Source: Saccostrea echinata
Taxonomy: Eukaryota
Direction: 5' to 3'
Assembly: GCF_033153115.1 (NCBI RefSeq)
Contig: NW_026889779.1
Span: forward strand, 16,678,001 to 16,742,000
DNA length: 64,000 bases
Each line of letters starts with the position of its first letter. The first letter of the stretch is position 1. Shown here one piece after another: positions 53,501-64,000 of the stretch. Position numbers and translations under genes: made by a program. The notes beneath the pieces are model-generated. The model was given only the letters and a program-made list of their open reading frames with translations. It was not told the DNA's origin and did no database searches.

Positions 53501-56500
53501 TACAGACTATTATGGACCACAAATTGTCCTTGGAGCTGGAGATTGCTGCCTACAGAAAATTACTGGAATCAGAAGAAAGCCGGTATGTCACCTTATTCCG
53601 TTAAAAAAATTCAGTTTGTAATGGAAGTCTTTCAATGTATATGTCAAGCATTAATGCTTATCCGTAATAATTTTTGTTGAGTATTGTATTGATTCAGAGA
53701 GATATTAGACCCTAATGTGTTTTTTATTTGTTTTTCTCTCAATGCTGTCTTGCTGGTGGTGGTATGTGTTTTAAATAATTAAAAAACATTAGATATGTAC
53801 GTGGTATAGTTGCAAGTGTTGCTGGATTTCGTAATGCAGCATGGCGAAATCAGAGAATGCAACCAAACACTTACACAGATCCCGAACCCGACGAGGAACC
53901 ACAGGGTCTTCCTGAACCCAGACCTGTTCCCGAACCTAAGCCAGACATAGATGATGATAGAGCAGAAAGAGACATAACTCCAGACGAAGACAATAAACCA
54001 ATGGAGGAAGAAACTCCAGTCGTGGAGCAAACTGAACAGACTACAACAGAGGAGCCAAAGCCATCAGAGGAAGAAGCAGTCGAAGAGAAAACAGAAGAAA
54101 CAGAGGAAGCAAAAACTGCTGATGTTGAAAAAGAGGTAACTGAAACAACTGAGGAAGAACAGGCTGAAGAAGAACCAGCTGCTGAGGCTTCAAAAGAGAA
54201 ACAAGAAGACGACCAGAATAAAGAGGAAGATGAAAAGAAAGATGAAACTAGTGATGACAAACAAGATGATGAAACAGATGATCAGAATAAAGCAGAGGAA
54301 TCTGCTTCTACAGATGAAAAGAAAGAGGGTTGTGATGATGAGAAAGAGGTTGAAGGGGAAGGTAATAGAGATACAGAGGTTGATGATTCTGGGGTTGCCA
54401 ATGATAAAGAGGGTGACGATGATAAAGATGACATTAACCAGAATCAAGAGGACAAACCAGAGGATGAAAGAACCGATGAAAATATTCCGAATGAGAAAAC
54501 TGACACTGAAGAAACTGGCGGTAAAGAAGATGATAAAACTGAAACAGAAACTGAGAAGGATGATTCTAAATCTGAAAAAGAAAAACAGGATGATGATAAA
54601 CCAGACAAAGAAGAAAAAATATCTGACGAACAATCGGATGATAGAGAGAAAGATGACTCAAAAAGCAGTGTATCAAAGGATGATACTCCAACCGTAAACG
54701 GAGATGCAAAAGAACCTGATCAGGAGGATGAAGGTTCCACATCACAATTTTGGATGTTCTTTGTTCCAAAATCACCACTTTGCATGCTTAAGTTCAAATC
54801 TGCAGCCACCTTTGATATTAATTTTTTTTTATTTTCTAAAACATCCATGCAATTCATGACTCCATCTTTGTCATACTAGGTATAACCCAATTATGAGACT
54901 TCGTTCTGATGTGAATGACTCCATAGAAGTTCATGATAATGAGGTTTATCCTAGGGGAGGTAAATTAAGCACATCGCCTCATCTAATCATTATAACCCAG
55001 AAGCATGCTTTCTCCATCTTCTGACCTGCTTTATATATTGTATATCTGCTATATATGTTTTTTTGTTGCAGGTCACGTTTTGTTTAACCCAGACACCTTC
55101 TTGATGTTGTTTTTCAGTGTTTATGTTATTTTTGTTGTCATATCACACACCTGTTTATTTAATGCACACAGGGTGGGAATAAGAGGCTTTGTTGAAACGA
55201 CTACAAACGCCCAGAGTCGCGGAGGTGCACACTTGTCCGAAATGATCACAGGTTATGAACAGAAAGGCGGTGCGTATCCCAAATTGATGGGAAGGCTAAT
55301 ATTTACTAATAACTTGGGGGTAGTATTAAAGAAGATTGAATTAAAATTTGGTTTGGATTGTTTGAATGTGTGACTGGGAAAAGATAACAGTAATTTTTTT
55401 CTTTAGACTAGTGGGTCCTGTCTCCTGGTAAATAAAGTATCTTTCCTTGTTAAATAAAATGCATTGCATGATATCAATAATCAAACTCTACAATATCTAT
55501 CTTTTTGCTATTTGTCTTGTTAACGCCTAAAACCTCTACATATACTGTGTATACAACTGCTATTATACTGCTAAATGATCTCATATATTTACATGTAATT
55601 CAGTGCATTCACATATGTAGATTTATATATCTGTATTCAACATATCTTTAACTGTCTAATAGAGGTTAAGTAAATTGTTTGAGACATTTTGTTAAAACCA
55701 AAAAAATATACATTAAATATGGCTGTTTATGGTATTTTATTTTAATTTAATTTACACGATTACAGAATCTCACCAAACCATGAAGATGATGCGAGGCGAA
55801 GTATCCGCTAAGACGACGTATCAGAGAACATCTACTGGACCTTTGTCCATCTCGGAAGTCTGTCCAGAGGGGAAATTTATCAGCCTGGAAAACACCTCCA
55901 GTGGGGCCAACAGAAGGGTAAGGATGAGGATTATTGAGAATTAACTAATGTATTTAATATTGAAATAAAAAACTTACGAAGTTCATTCTTCCTTTCTGTC
56001 GAAACGCTTTTTCTTATATGGTTCATTGAATTTTAACAGGAAGTTAACATGGATGGATGGAAGCTGAAGAGAACAGTTGACGGCAAGAGAGATTACATCT
56101 ACACATTTAGAAACTTTACTCTTAAACCCGGCAAGGTTGTCAAGGTATACACACTGCTAAGTACTTGTTGTATAAGACATAATAATCCGAATAATCTAGT
56201 CCATATATACATTTGCCATTGCTGAGTTAATTGAAAGGCAGTAGCCGATAGATGGCGCTGAATTATTGGAAACGTACGCATTATAAATGTTAATCTCAGA
56301 TAAACAAGCACTCTACTTTATACATCAGTTATTTGAATTTTAGACGATATCATAATGTATTTCAACATTATGTTTATTATTGCAGATCTACTCCCGTGGT
56401 AGCGCTGCTGATGCCAGTGTTAACGACTTGGTATATAGAGATGACGATACTTGGGGCATTGGATCACAGGTCACAACTGTCCTTCTGAACGAAAGTGGAG

Positions 56501-56698
56501 AGGTACGAGTAACCTAAAAATCAGATTTTCTTTCTTATTTTTCTGATTCTTGGTATTTTGATTAACGCCTATCCGTGGCAGGAACTTGACGCAAGGCAAA
56601 ATTAAAAAAAAAAATCAGATTTCTTATTCGATATTGACATGTTGACTTTTATTTTTTAGGAGAAGGCAACACACACACAAAAGACACTCTACAATTAA
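47534..56698 (+). CDS. Protostome cytoplasmic intermediate filament / neurofilament (NF60/NF70-like) with lamin-tail domain
   Basis: Exons 47534-48135 (LNERFANYIEKVRFLE), 50659-50845, 52382-52477, 52856-53017, 53126-53251, 53362-53582 (LELEIAAYRKLLESEE), 55172-55269, 55766-55917, 56040-56144, 56386-56502 and 56660-56698. The LTD is present (GPLSISEVCPEGKFISLEN..GWKLKRTVD). It ends TQKTLYN* with no CaaX, so it is not a nuclear lamin. Confidence 0.93.
53793..54879 (+). CDS. Alternative acidic (E/D/K-rich) tail exon of the IF gene
   Basis: AG at 53791-53792 joins exon 6 in phase 2, giving R-YVRGIVASVAGFRNAAWRNQRMQPNTY..., in frame with the 340-aa ORF. It ends either at donor 54733 (phase 1) or at stop 54879. 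Confidence 0.75.
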
Positions 56699-57863
56699 GT
56701 GGAACTAGAATTCAACTACTGCAATGCTTTAAAACGGCTTTCTGCTTTGTAATGGTCAAAAACTGTGTCTATGGACAAATGATTCTTACCAGTTTTATAC
56801 ATATTGTATTGTAAACGCTTTAATTGTTTGATATAAATTCTTTTGAACAGTGGTTGTGAATGTAGTGTAATATAGTTGTCTTCCATGGACAAGAAACTCA
56901 TTATCATTATTCCAGCCTTTTTATCAATTTATTTTTAAGTTTATGATTTTTTTTATCGTATATATGACACCAGTGAAAGGCGTGATTTGTATGTTATTTA
57001 TAATATTAAATTATTGATTTTATGTTTATTTTATATGATATACTGAGAGTGTCTTTCCAATACTTAGTTTTCTTTAGCGTTTAGTGAAAAGCAAACGCTT
57101 TCCCTCTTTCGAAATTTGGAGGGGCATGCGCAGTATATGACCTGTGTGAACATCATGCACTGCAAGTTTATGTGAAACATGATCTTTCAATTTTTTTGCC
57201 ACTGCTTGTAAACATACGGTAGAAAAACAAAATGTTAGGTGCCCTGCTGCCTGTTACTTGCCGAATTCTTCAGTAATAAAATATTTAAACACATACAGTG
57301 TTTGTGGATCATTGAGCTATATTTACATTGTACAGTTGCCTTTCTTATGAACTTGTAATTTCTTAGGAACTTATAAACCACTTGTATTTGTATGCTTATA
57401 AGGCGCAAATATGTCATCACATTGATCATATGAAAAGTGGTGCAAGGCAAATAATTTATGGAATCCTATGAGGTCTAGATCGACTATTTACGCAAGATTT
57501 GGTTTCTCTTAAAGACTCCTTTGAAAGTAATGTTAAGTTCACATCCTCACAAACTATGAGGAGTAATATTACAATCAGACGGCACTTCTTTTACCTAAAA
57601 TGTGGAAATAAAGCCTAGATTGTTTGCCAGTATCTGTGATCGATTAAATTGGGAAATACATTTCTTGAATAGACTAAGTGCCTGACCTCAGACAAATTAG
57701 ATTTATGATCATAGGCATTGAATCTAATACAGGTAAAAATCATCGTAAAATTGTAAGGAAATATATTCGTTCAACAATATAACGTTATACAATCCCTATC
57801 CAGAATTGTCGTCCCTTTAACTAGCAGACACATCTGTCTGAGTGAAAGGTACAACTCTATGTT

Positions 57864-60008
57864 AAACAAGACGTCCAAGGGCCTTAACGGTCACCTGAGT
57901 ATAATACAACAATTTAGAGGATCCATAGAGTATAAAATAAACTGATAGATGAAGCTTTGTTGCCCAAAAGCAAGAGAAATAGGATGATGAGGATCAAAGA
58001 AATAATTAGTCAAGTATTCAGTAACAACTCATAAATTAAATTCTACACTATCCCCCATTTATCACTATCGCCATGCAGACTATCAACATACTATTTGTTC
58101 TTCTGTACTACTTTTAATCCCATATTGTGAACTCTTGTTAACATTTAATGAGATAAGTTATTTTTGTCTCATTTTTATTTATTTATTATTTACAAGTCTA
58201 CCTGATCATTAAAACTATGAAGGTACTTTTTGTATTAAATAATAAATGTTTTGCATAATTCTCTTATTCTAATAACTTTCAAATACATTATTTATCAAAA
58301 GTGAATGACAAAGGGGAATAACTTCTCTCAGTAGAATACAAATTAATAGAGCCCTGGTCAGGACAAGAACACTTGACCAAATGGTCCTGATGTTCAAAAA
58401 TCTGGTAAAAATATCCTTGCTTTTTAAAACCTTTATTCTGTTTGCCTTCGATATGCCAAAATGCAGAGAAAATTGAAAGAAATAATGCATTTTCACTACA
58501 TATTCAACACAGCTCTACACTAACACTAAAATCCATGTCCAAGGGTCATGAAATTCACAAATTCGGTAGAGGTACCCTCATCATCATAACTTCGTTGAAG
58601 ATTTTCAGAGGATTAACACATTTTCACTATATTATCAATATAGCCTTATAGCCCCCCCCCCCTTCCCCAAGAAACACCAAAACCTGGGACCACAATGTTT
58701 AAAAAAATTGTCAGAAGCACAAAATTGTTCATCATACCTATGCACTTTGTTTATCTGCTCAACACTAAGGAGCAGACAGGATTATTTAACAGAAATAATG
58801 TATTTTCACCCACCCTTACACCAGAACATCTGACCTAGGGGCCATGAAACTCACAATTCTGGTAGAAACACTTTTGTTCATCATAACTATACACTTAGTT
58901 TCTTTGCTTTGTAACCAGGGGCAGAAAAGAATATTTTCGAAGAAATTATGCTTTTCACTATATAATCAAAAGAGCCCCCCCCCAACCCAATTCCAACCCT
59001 GGAGCCATGAATTTCACAATTTTGGAAAAGGCATCATTGCTTATTATAACCATGCACTTAGTTTGTTTAAATAATACCCAGGAGCAAAGAAAAAGGTTTT
59101 CAAAAAATTAATGCATTTTCACTCAGTAATAAATAAAGCCCCTCCCTAACACCTGAAGCCCTGACCCAGGGGTCATGAAATTCACAATTTTGAAAAAGGC
59201 ATCCTTGTCCATCATAACCATGCACTTAGTTTGTTTAAATAATACTCAGGAGCAGAGCAGCAGATTTTCAAAGGATTAATGCATTTTCACTACAATATAC
59301 TAAATAGAGCCCCATCCTAACACCAGAACCCCTTGACCCAGGGGCCATGAATTTCCCTTTTTTGTTAAAGGCATCATTGTGCATCATAACCATGCATTTA
59401 GTTTGTTTAAACAATACTCAGGAGCAGAGAAGAAGATTTTCAAAGAATTAATGCATTTTCACTATATAATCAATAGAGTCCCGCCCTAACACCAGAGCCC
59501 CTGACTCAGGGGCCATGAAATTCACAATTTTGGAAAAGGCATCATTTCTTATCATAACCATGCACTTAGTTTGTTTAAATTATTCCCTGGAGAAGAGAAA
59601 AAGATTTTCAAAGAAATAATGCACTTTCACTATATGATCTATATGGCCCCGCCCTAGCACCAGAACCCCTGATCCTGGGGTCATGAATTTCACGATTTTG
59701 GTAGAGGGCCCAATGCTTATTACAACCATGCCAACATTTTGTCCAGGAGTAAAGAAGAAGAATTTTGAAGATTGCATCAATTTTGGTGGTTTAAGCCCCA
59801 CCCCTCAGGCCCCAGGGGGGCCGGGACCATGAAATTCAAAATTTTTGTTCCCCTTCACCCATAGATACTATATGTCAAAATTGGTTGAAATTGGTTAAGC
59901 GGTTCTAGAGAAGAAGTTGAAAATGTTCAAAAGTTAACGCACGACGGACGACGACGGACGAAAACAGATAGCAATAGGTCATCTGAGTTTACTCAGGTGA
60001 CCTAAAAA
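57864..60008 (-). mobile_element. HINE with ~170-bp tandem array (family of 17828-20728)
   Basis: Same termini, GACGACG microsatellite and array; lacks the nested 17957 MITE. Confidence 0.88.
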
Positions 60009-60804
60009 AAACAGCAAAATATAAATTGAGATAAAGTTTTACATTTGAAAAAATCGGGAAAGTTTGTTACCGTTTCTACCCCATCCAATTTTTTTTTTGG
60101 TTGAAAATCTACAGAATATAAAATATAAACTCATTCTGATACGACGTATTTTAATCAACAACAACTGTTTTATAATATAACACATCGCATCTTTACAGTT
60201 GCAAAATTCTAATTAAAATAAAACTGGCCGGTTTGCAAATTACTACACTACTACACAGCAAAGATTATTTGTAAAAAAAAATATTTTACATTATAGAACA
60301 CAACATTAGTTACAAAACTGACTGCTGCATCTGTACACACAATAATGCCCCAAATATTCTTTGAAAGTAACTTTTATAAGAATAGATATATTTAAAAAAC
60401 AAAATGAATTCAATGCAAACTTACAATTTACAAGGCAAGTGTAAATTCAACGACACAAAATGAGGACTCTGCAAATATATAAAAAAAAATATGAAGAACA
60501 GAATGCTGATGTTATTAATGACCTCGAATTATGCCACCTCTAGAAAGACAGAGTAGTAATTGTTGAATTATTATCATACCGTATAGTCTACACGTACATG
60601 TCTGTGGGAACTACGGTATTTCATCTACATATCGCTGTGTTTTAACGAAGCAATGTAAAAAAAAAAAGTAAGAAAGGAAAATTGATTATTATCTATATTT
60701 AAAAAGATCTGCAAATAAGGAATCTTTTTTGTTTCGGACTGGTCTTATTATTTAGCAATCCATTCTGTCCGTCGATATACCCATTTAAGTAGAGAAATCG
60801 ATAT

Positions 60805-60861
<57 letters not shown>

Positions 60862-61805
60862 TTATCTATTTCTGTGTTACAGGTATAGCCCCCACCCCTC
60901 GTAATCATATGTCAGAATATCCCAAATGGATTTAACTTATTCGTAACTGCTGATATATATGAGAAATTTAATGGCAGATGCACATGTGATTTGTCAGTAA
61001 ATATTACAATTTAAAAAGTTCAGTAATTCTGGTTAAATAATTACACTACATGTATGTCGGTAACATATCAGATCATTTTAATGTGCTTAGTTCTAAGAAC
61101 TAAGTCATGCTTTAATTATGCTATTATAATATCTAAAAACAAGGAACTACAATATAAGAACAACAGACCCTAATCATGCAAAATGAATTCATTATGTGAA
61201 AATTATATAGTACGGTTCTTTTATGATATTTTAACATTATCAGTTCGGGGGAAAAGACACTAAGTTACTAAGTTAAAATTTAAATACAGGTTGCTTTGTT
61301 TTTTGTTTTTTTCAAAATTGCTTAAAACTATTGTCTTATTCAATTTTATGAAATAACAGATTATTTAGTGTATTCACAAATGTACAACACACAAATACTC
61401 ATGCTGAAGTTGTCATAAACTTTAACTGCTAAATATTTAAACTGGAGACATTAGGAGGGCAGTGGTAGAAAGACCGGAGAATTTAAAAAAGAGTTACAAA
61501 AGCTACAACATCAATTGCCTTTTTTTGTTGCCTAACATTCTGTAGTTAGGATTAATTTCATTAATTTACAGATTAAAAATATTGCAATACAACACGATAC
61601 ACAATAGAAGAAACGCTGGTATAACGAAGGTACATGTATGCGACAGCAAAAATATTTATCATTCTGCTTAATGTGACCGAATACTCACTTCAAGGTCAAC
61701 TGCATGAAAAGATCAAATTTTTGAGAACAAAAAAATCATGGTTGACTAATATCTAAATCTTTTCTATCATTGCAAAGTTTCTCTTAAAAACAAAGTTGTA
61801 ACATC

Positions 61806-62113
61806 TTAAAAATGCCTACCTATTTGTTGTTTAACATTTTCGTAGCCAGTTAGGCACGATTTCAGAATTTGCTCTAACTGGGCAACGGTGTTAACAGATA
61901 TGTTCTTAGAGTCTTTCTCGGCATCTATTAACACCAAGGCTTCTTTGATCTTTTTGGAAACATCCGTAATGGCTGGCAACACGTGTGGGTTCGTAAATTG
62001 ATATTTCGCAAACATGCTGTTCAACTGGTTGTCGACAAATCGAAAGTTATCATGAAATTTGTCTACCATCACTCTTCTTTTCTTCAGATGAATGTCTCTA
62101 AATTGTTAGACAT

Positions 62114-62199
<86 letters not shown>

Positions 62200-64000
62200 A
62201 AAAGGTACAGTCAAATGTCAGCCATTTTTAAAAATTCATAAATGATTATGTTTGAATCTTACTGAGTTATTTCTTCTTGTTTTTGTTTTTCTTGTTCCTC
62301 CTAGAAAAAAAAATGTAAAATTTATTCAAACGAATAAGAAAAAGAAAAAAAAATCATATAATGACAATAACATACGATATATCTTTTTATCAAACAGCTT
62401 CCTCACCTGTAACTGAGTTAATAAACTGAAGTGTTTATCCAGATCTTGCAGGGATATCATCAGGTACCTCAGGTGAGTTTCTGCATCAAATTCACCCAGT
62501 TCCTTTTTAAAATAATCTATGCAGTTTCTGTAACACTTTGCCTTGGTTTTAATCTTTTGAATCCTTTTCTTTGATAGAGGCCCAGTGAAGGATAACATCA
62601 TGGCCTTTCTGGCTCTGTGAATCTCTTCCTTACCCATTCTCAGTCTAACTAACTGTTCTTTATTTTGCGATGACTCTGCTTTAGCAATATCTTTCTTTGA
62701 GTTTTCAAGTTTTTCTCGCAGTGCCGTGAGTTTTTGAAAAGCCTTTGAGGGAATATAGCCGGACAATACCAGTACTAAACTTTCCTCAGAGAAGTGACTA
62801 TTTTTCTCCTCATCGGTCAATAAATCGTTTGGTACTCGGCGATTTGGTACTCCGTAATGCGCCCCATACGTTGTAATTCTTTGAACTAGGTCCGTTTCTA
62901 TTTGTTGCATGTCCTGTCTTATTGAAAATAAATGGGCACTTTTATCAATGGTTGGGGCCCCCGAGGAACCAGGATGTGAAGCATCAATCAACACTTGTGT
63001 GGAATGCCACAGTTTCTTCAGATGATCGCGAACTATCTCTAGTTCTTTTTCTATCAAATTTTTCATTATATTTAAAGGCTCAAAAGGTCTGATTTGTAAT
63101 GCGTTCCTGTCATTTTTGACAACGCTCTCTGCCGAAGAAGCGGGAAATGAATGGTTTGCGCCAAGACGTTCAATTCGCAATGATTCCATTGCAATTTCGA
63201 CTTCTTTCCGTAGTTTGGCCTTGGTTGCTTTTCTTTGACACTTCGATAACTGCGCTATCTCCAAGTCCAAATTAACAGTTATCTGAGAGGCGATTTCATC
63301 AAATTCGGATTCTGTATTAAATTTAAATTCCTTGATTGCCCAAGATTTAAGCGTCTCTGTAGAAGTCATATTTCGAATAACTCGGACAAAACTTTTAGCT
63401 TCTTTAGCCTGATCAGATACGTTAATTTGCCTATTTCCACTTTGGATGGTTGATTTAGCATCAGTGTTTTTATTCGTTAAATATTCTTTTAGCTCTTTGT
63501 ACACGTTTAAGTCGTCTTCAGTTGAGATAGGCATATCTTTACTTCCTCTGTCACCCTTAATGACCTCAATATTCGTAGGTTTTTGTCGTAACATTTCAGA
63601 CCAAGCACTTGCTGCCGCTGAGGTGCTGTATTTCTTCCTTTCGTTTGATACTTTATCTGTTTGGAGCTTTTCATCCTTGTTGCGCGATTCGCTTTGACTC
63701 GGAAGTGTTCTAGCTTCAACAAAGTCTTCTGAATTATCCCTGTTAATATTTTTCTTGGTTGCTCCTTCGCTAGAATCACTGCCATAATCTCTATAAGTAT
63801 ATCTATTGGATCTCTTGTATTTCTCATGTCGTCTTTCTCTACTGGAACTGCGATCACGTGACTTATAACGCCTTTCACTACTAGAACTCCGACCACGTGA
63901 TTTGTACCGTCTTTCACTGCTTGAACTCCGACCACGTGATTTGTACCGTCTTTCACTGCTTGAACTTCGATTACGTGATCTATATCGCCTTTCACTACTG
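61806..64000 (-). CDS. Uncharacterised RS-repeat / coiled-coil protein, 3' part
   Basis: Frame is open from the window end (SSERRYRSRNRSSSSERRYKSRGR... 13-aa repeats) through the 422-aa ORF to donor 62407. Micro-exon 62300-62263 (EEQEKQKQEEIT). Exon from 62097 down to a donor at 61820 or stop 61806. Phases are consistent. Confidence 0.8.
62116..62198. repeat. (TA)n(CA)n microsatellite
   Basis: Read directly from sequence; a similar (TA)n tract is at ~60800-60858 and (CA)n at 5189-5210. Confidence 0.95.

Noticed and set aside
53871-54697. Overlapping antisense and alternative-frame ORFs (53871-54260, 54190-54633, 54230-54697)
   Set aside because: Shadows of the purine-rich low-complexity acidic exon.
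47534-56698. Calling the IF gene a nuclear lamin
   Set aside because: No CaaX box and no NLS between rod and LTD; the head is neurofilament-like.
63507-63995. 162-aa ORF with VKDGTNHVVGVQA repeats
   Set aside because: Alternative frame of the 39-bp RS repeat; the RS frame is the one continuous with the 422-aa ORF.

Overview
AT-rich eukaryotic DNA with spliceosomal introns. The repeat families and gene set point to a bivalve mollusc, probably an oyster (inference). Seven protein-coding genes can be reconstructed with phase-consistent splice sites: (1) the 3' part of a CUB-LDLa-transmembrane gene (+, 36-2329); (2) a RING-less TRIM45-like gene (-, 2441-4377); (3) an SLC16/MCT transporter (-, 7372-11800); (4) RABGGTB (+, 21076-31418; ATG exon not located); (5) MORN5 (-, 33928-36994); (6) a neurofilament-type cytoplasmic intermediate filament gene (+, 47534-56698) with a candidate mutually exclusive ~313-aa acidic tail exon; (7) the 3' part of an unrecognised RS-repeat/coiled-coil gene (-, 61806->64000). 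The window is rich in transposons: several Helentron-associated (HINE/pearl/CvA-type) elements carrying ~140-170 bp tandem arrays, MITEs with TA, 5-, 6-, 7-, 8- and ~9-bp target-site duplications, a Penelope-like RT fragment, and a 4.5-kb DIRS-order tyrosine-recombinase retrotransposon. That retrotransposon has split direct repeats (A1-ORFs-B1-A2-B2) and is nested in a HINE inside the last RABGGTB intron. Its repeats look identical by eye although its ORFs are broken, and its A2-B2 spacer can fold into a multi-stem, possibly pseudoknotted RNA. No CRISPR, rRNA or tRNA was seen. I found nothing I can assert is a wholly new system. The best leads are the YR element (trans-mobilisation, structured spacer, HINE targeting) and the neurofilament tail switch. 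All comparisons and translations were done by eye.
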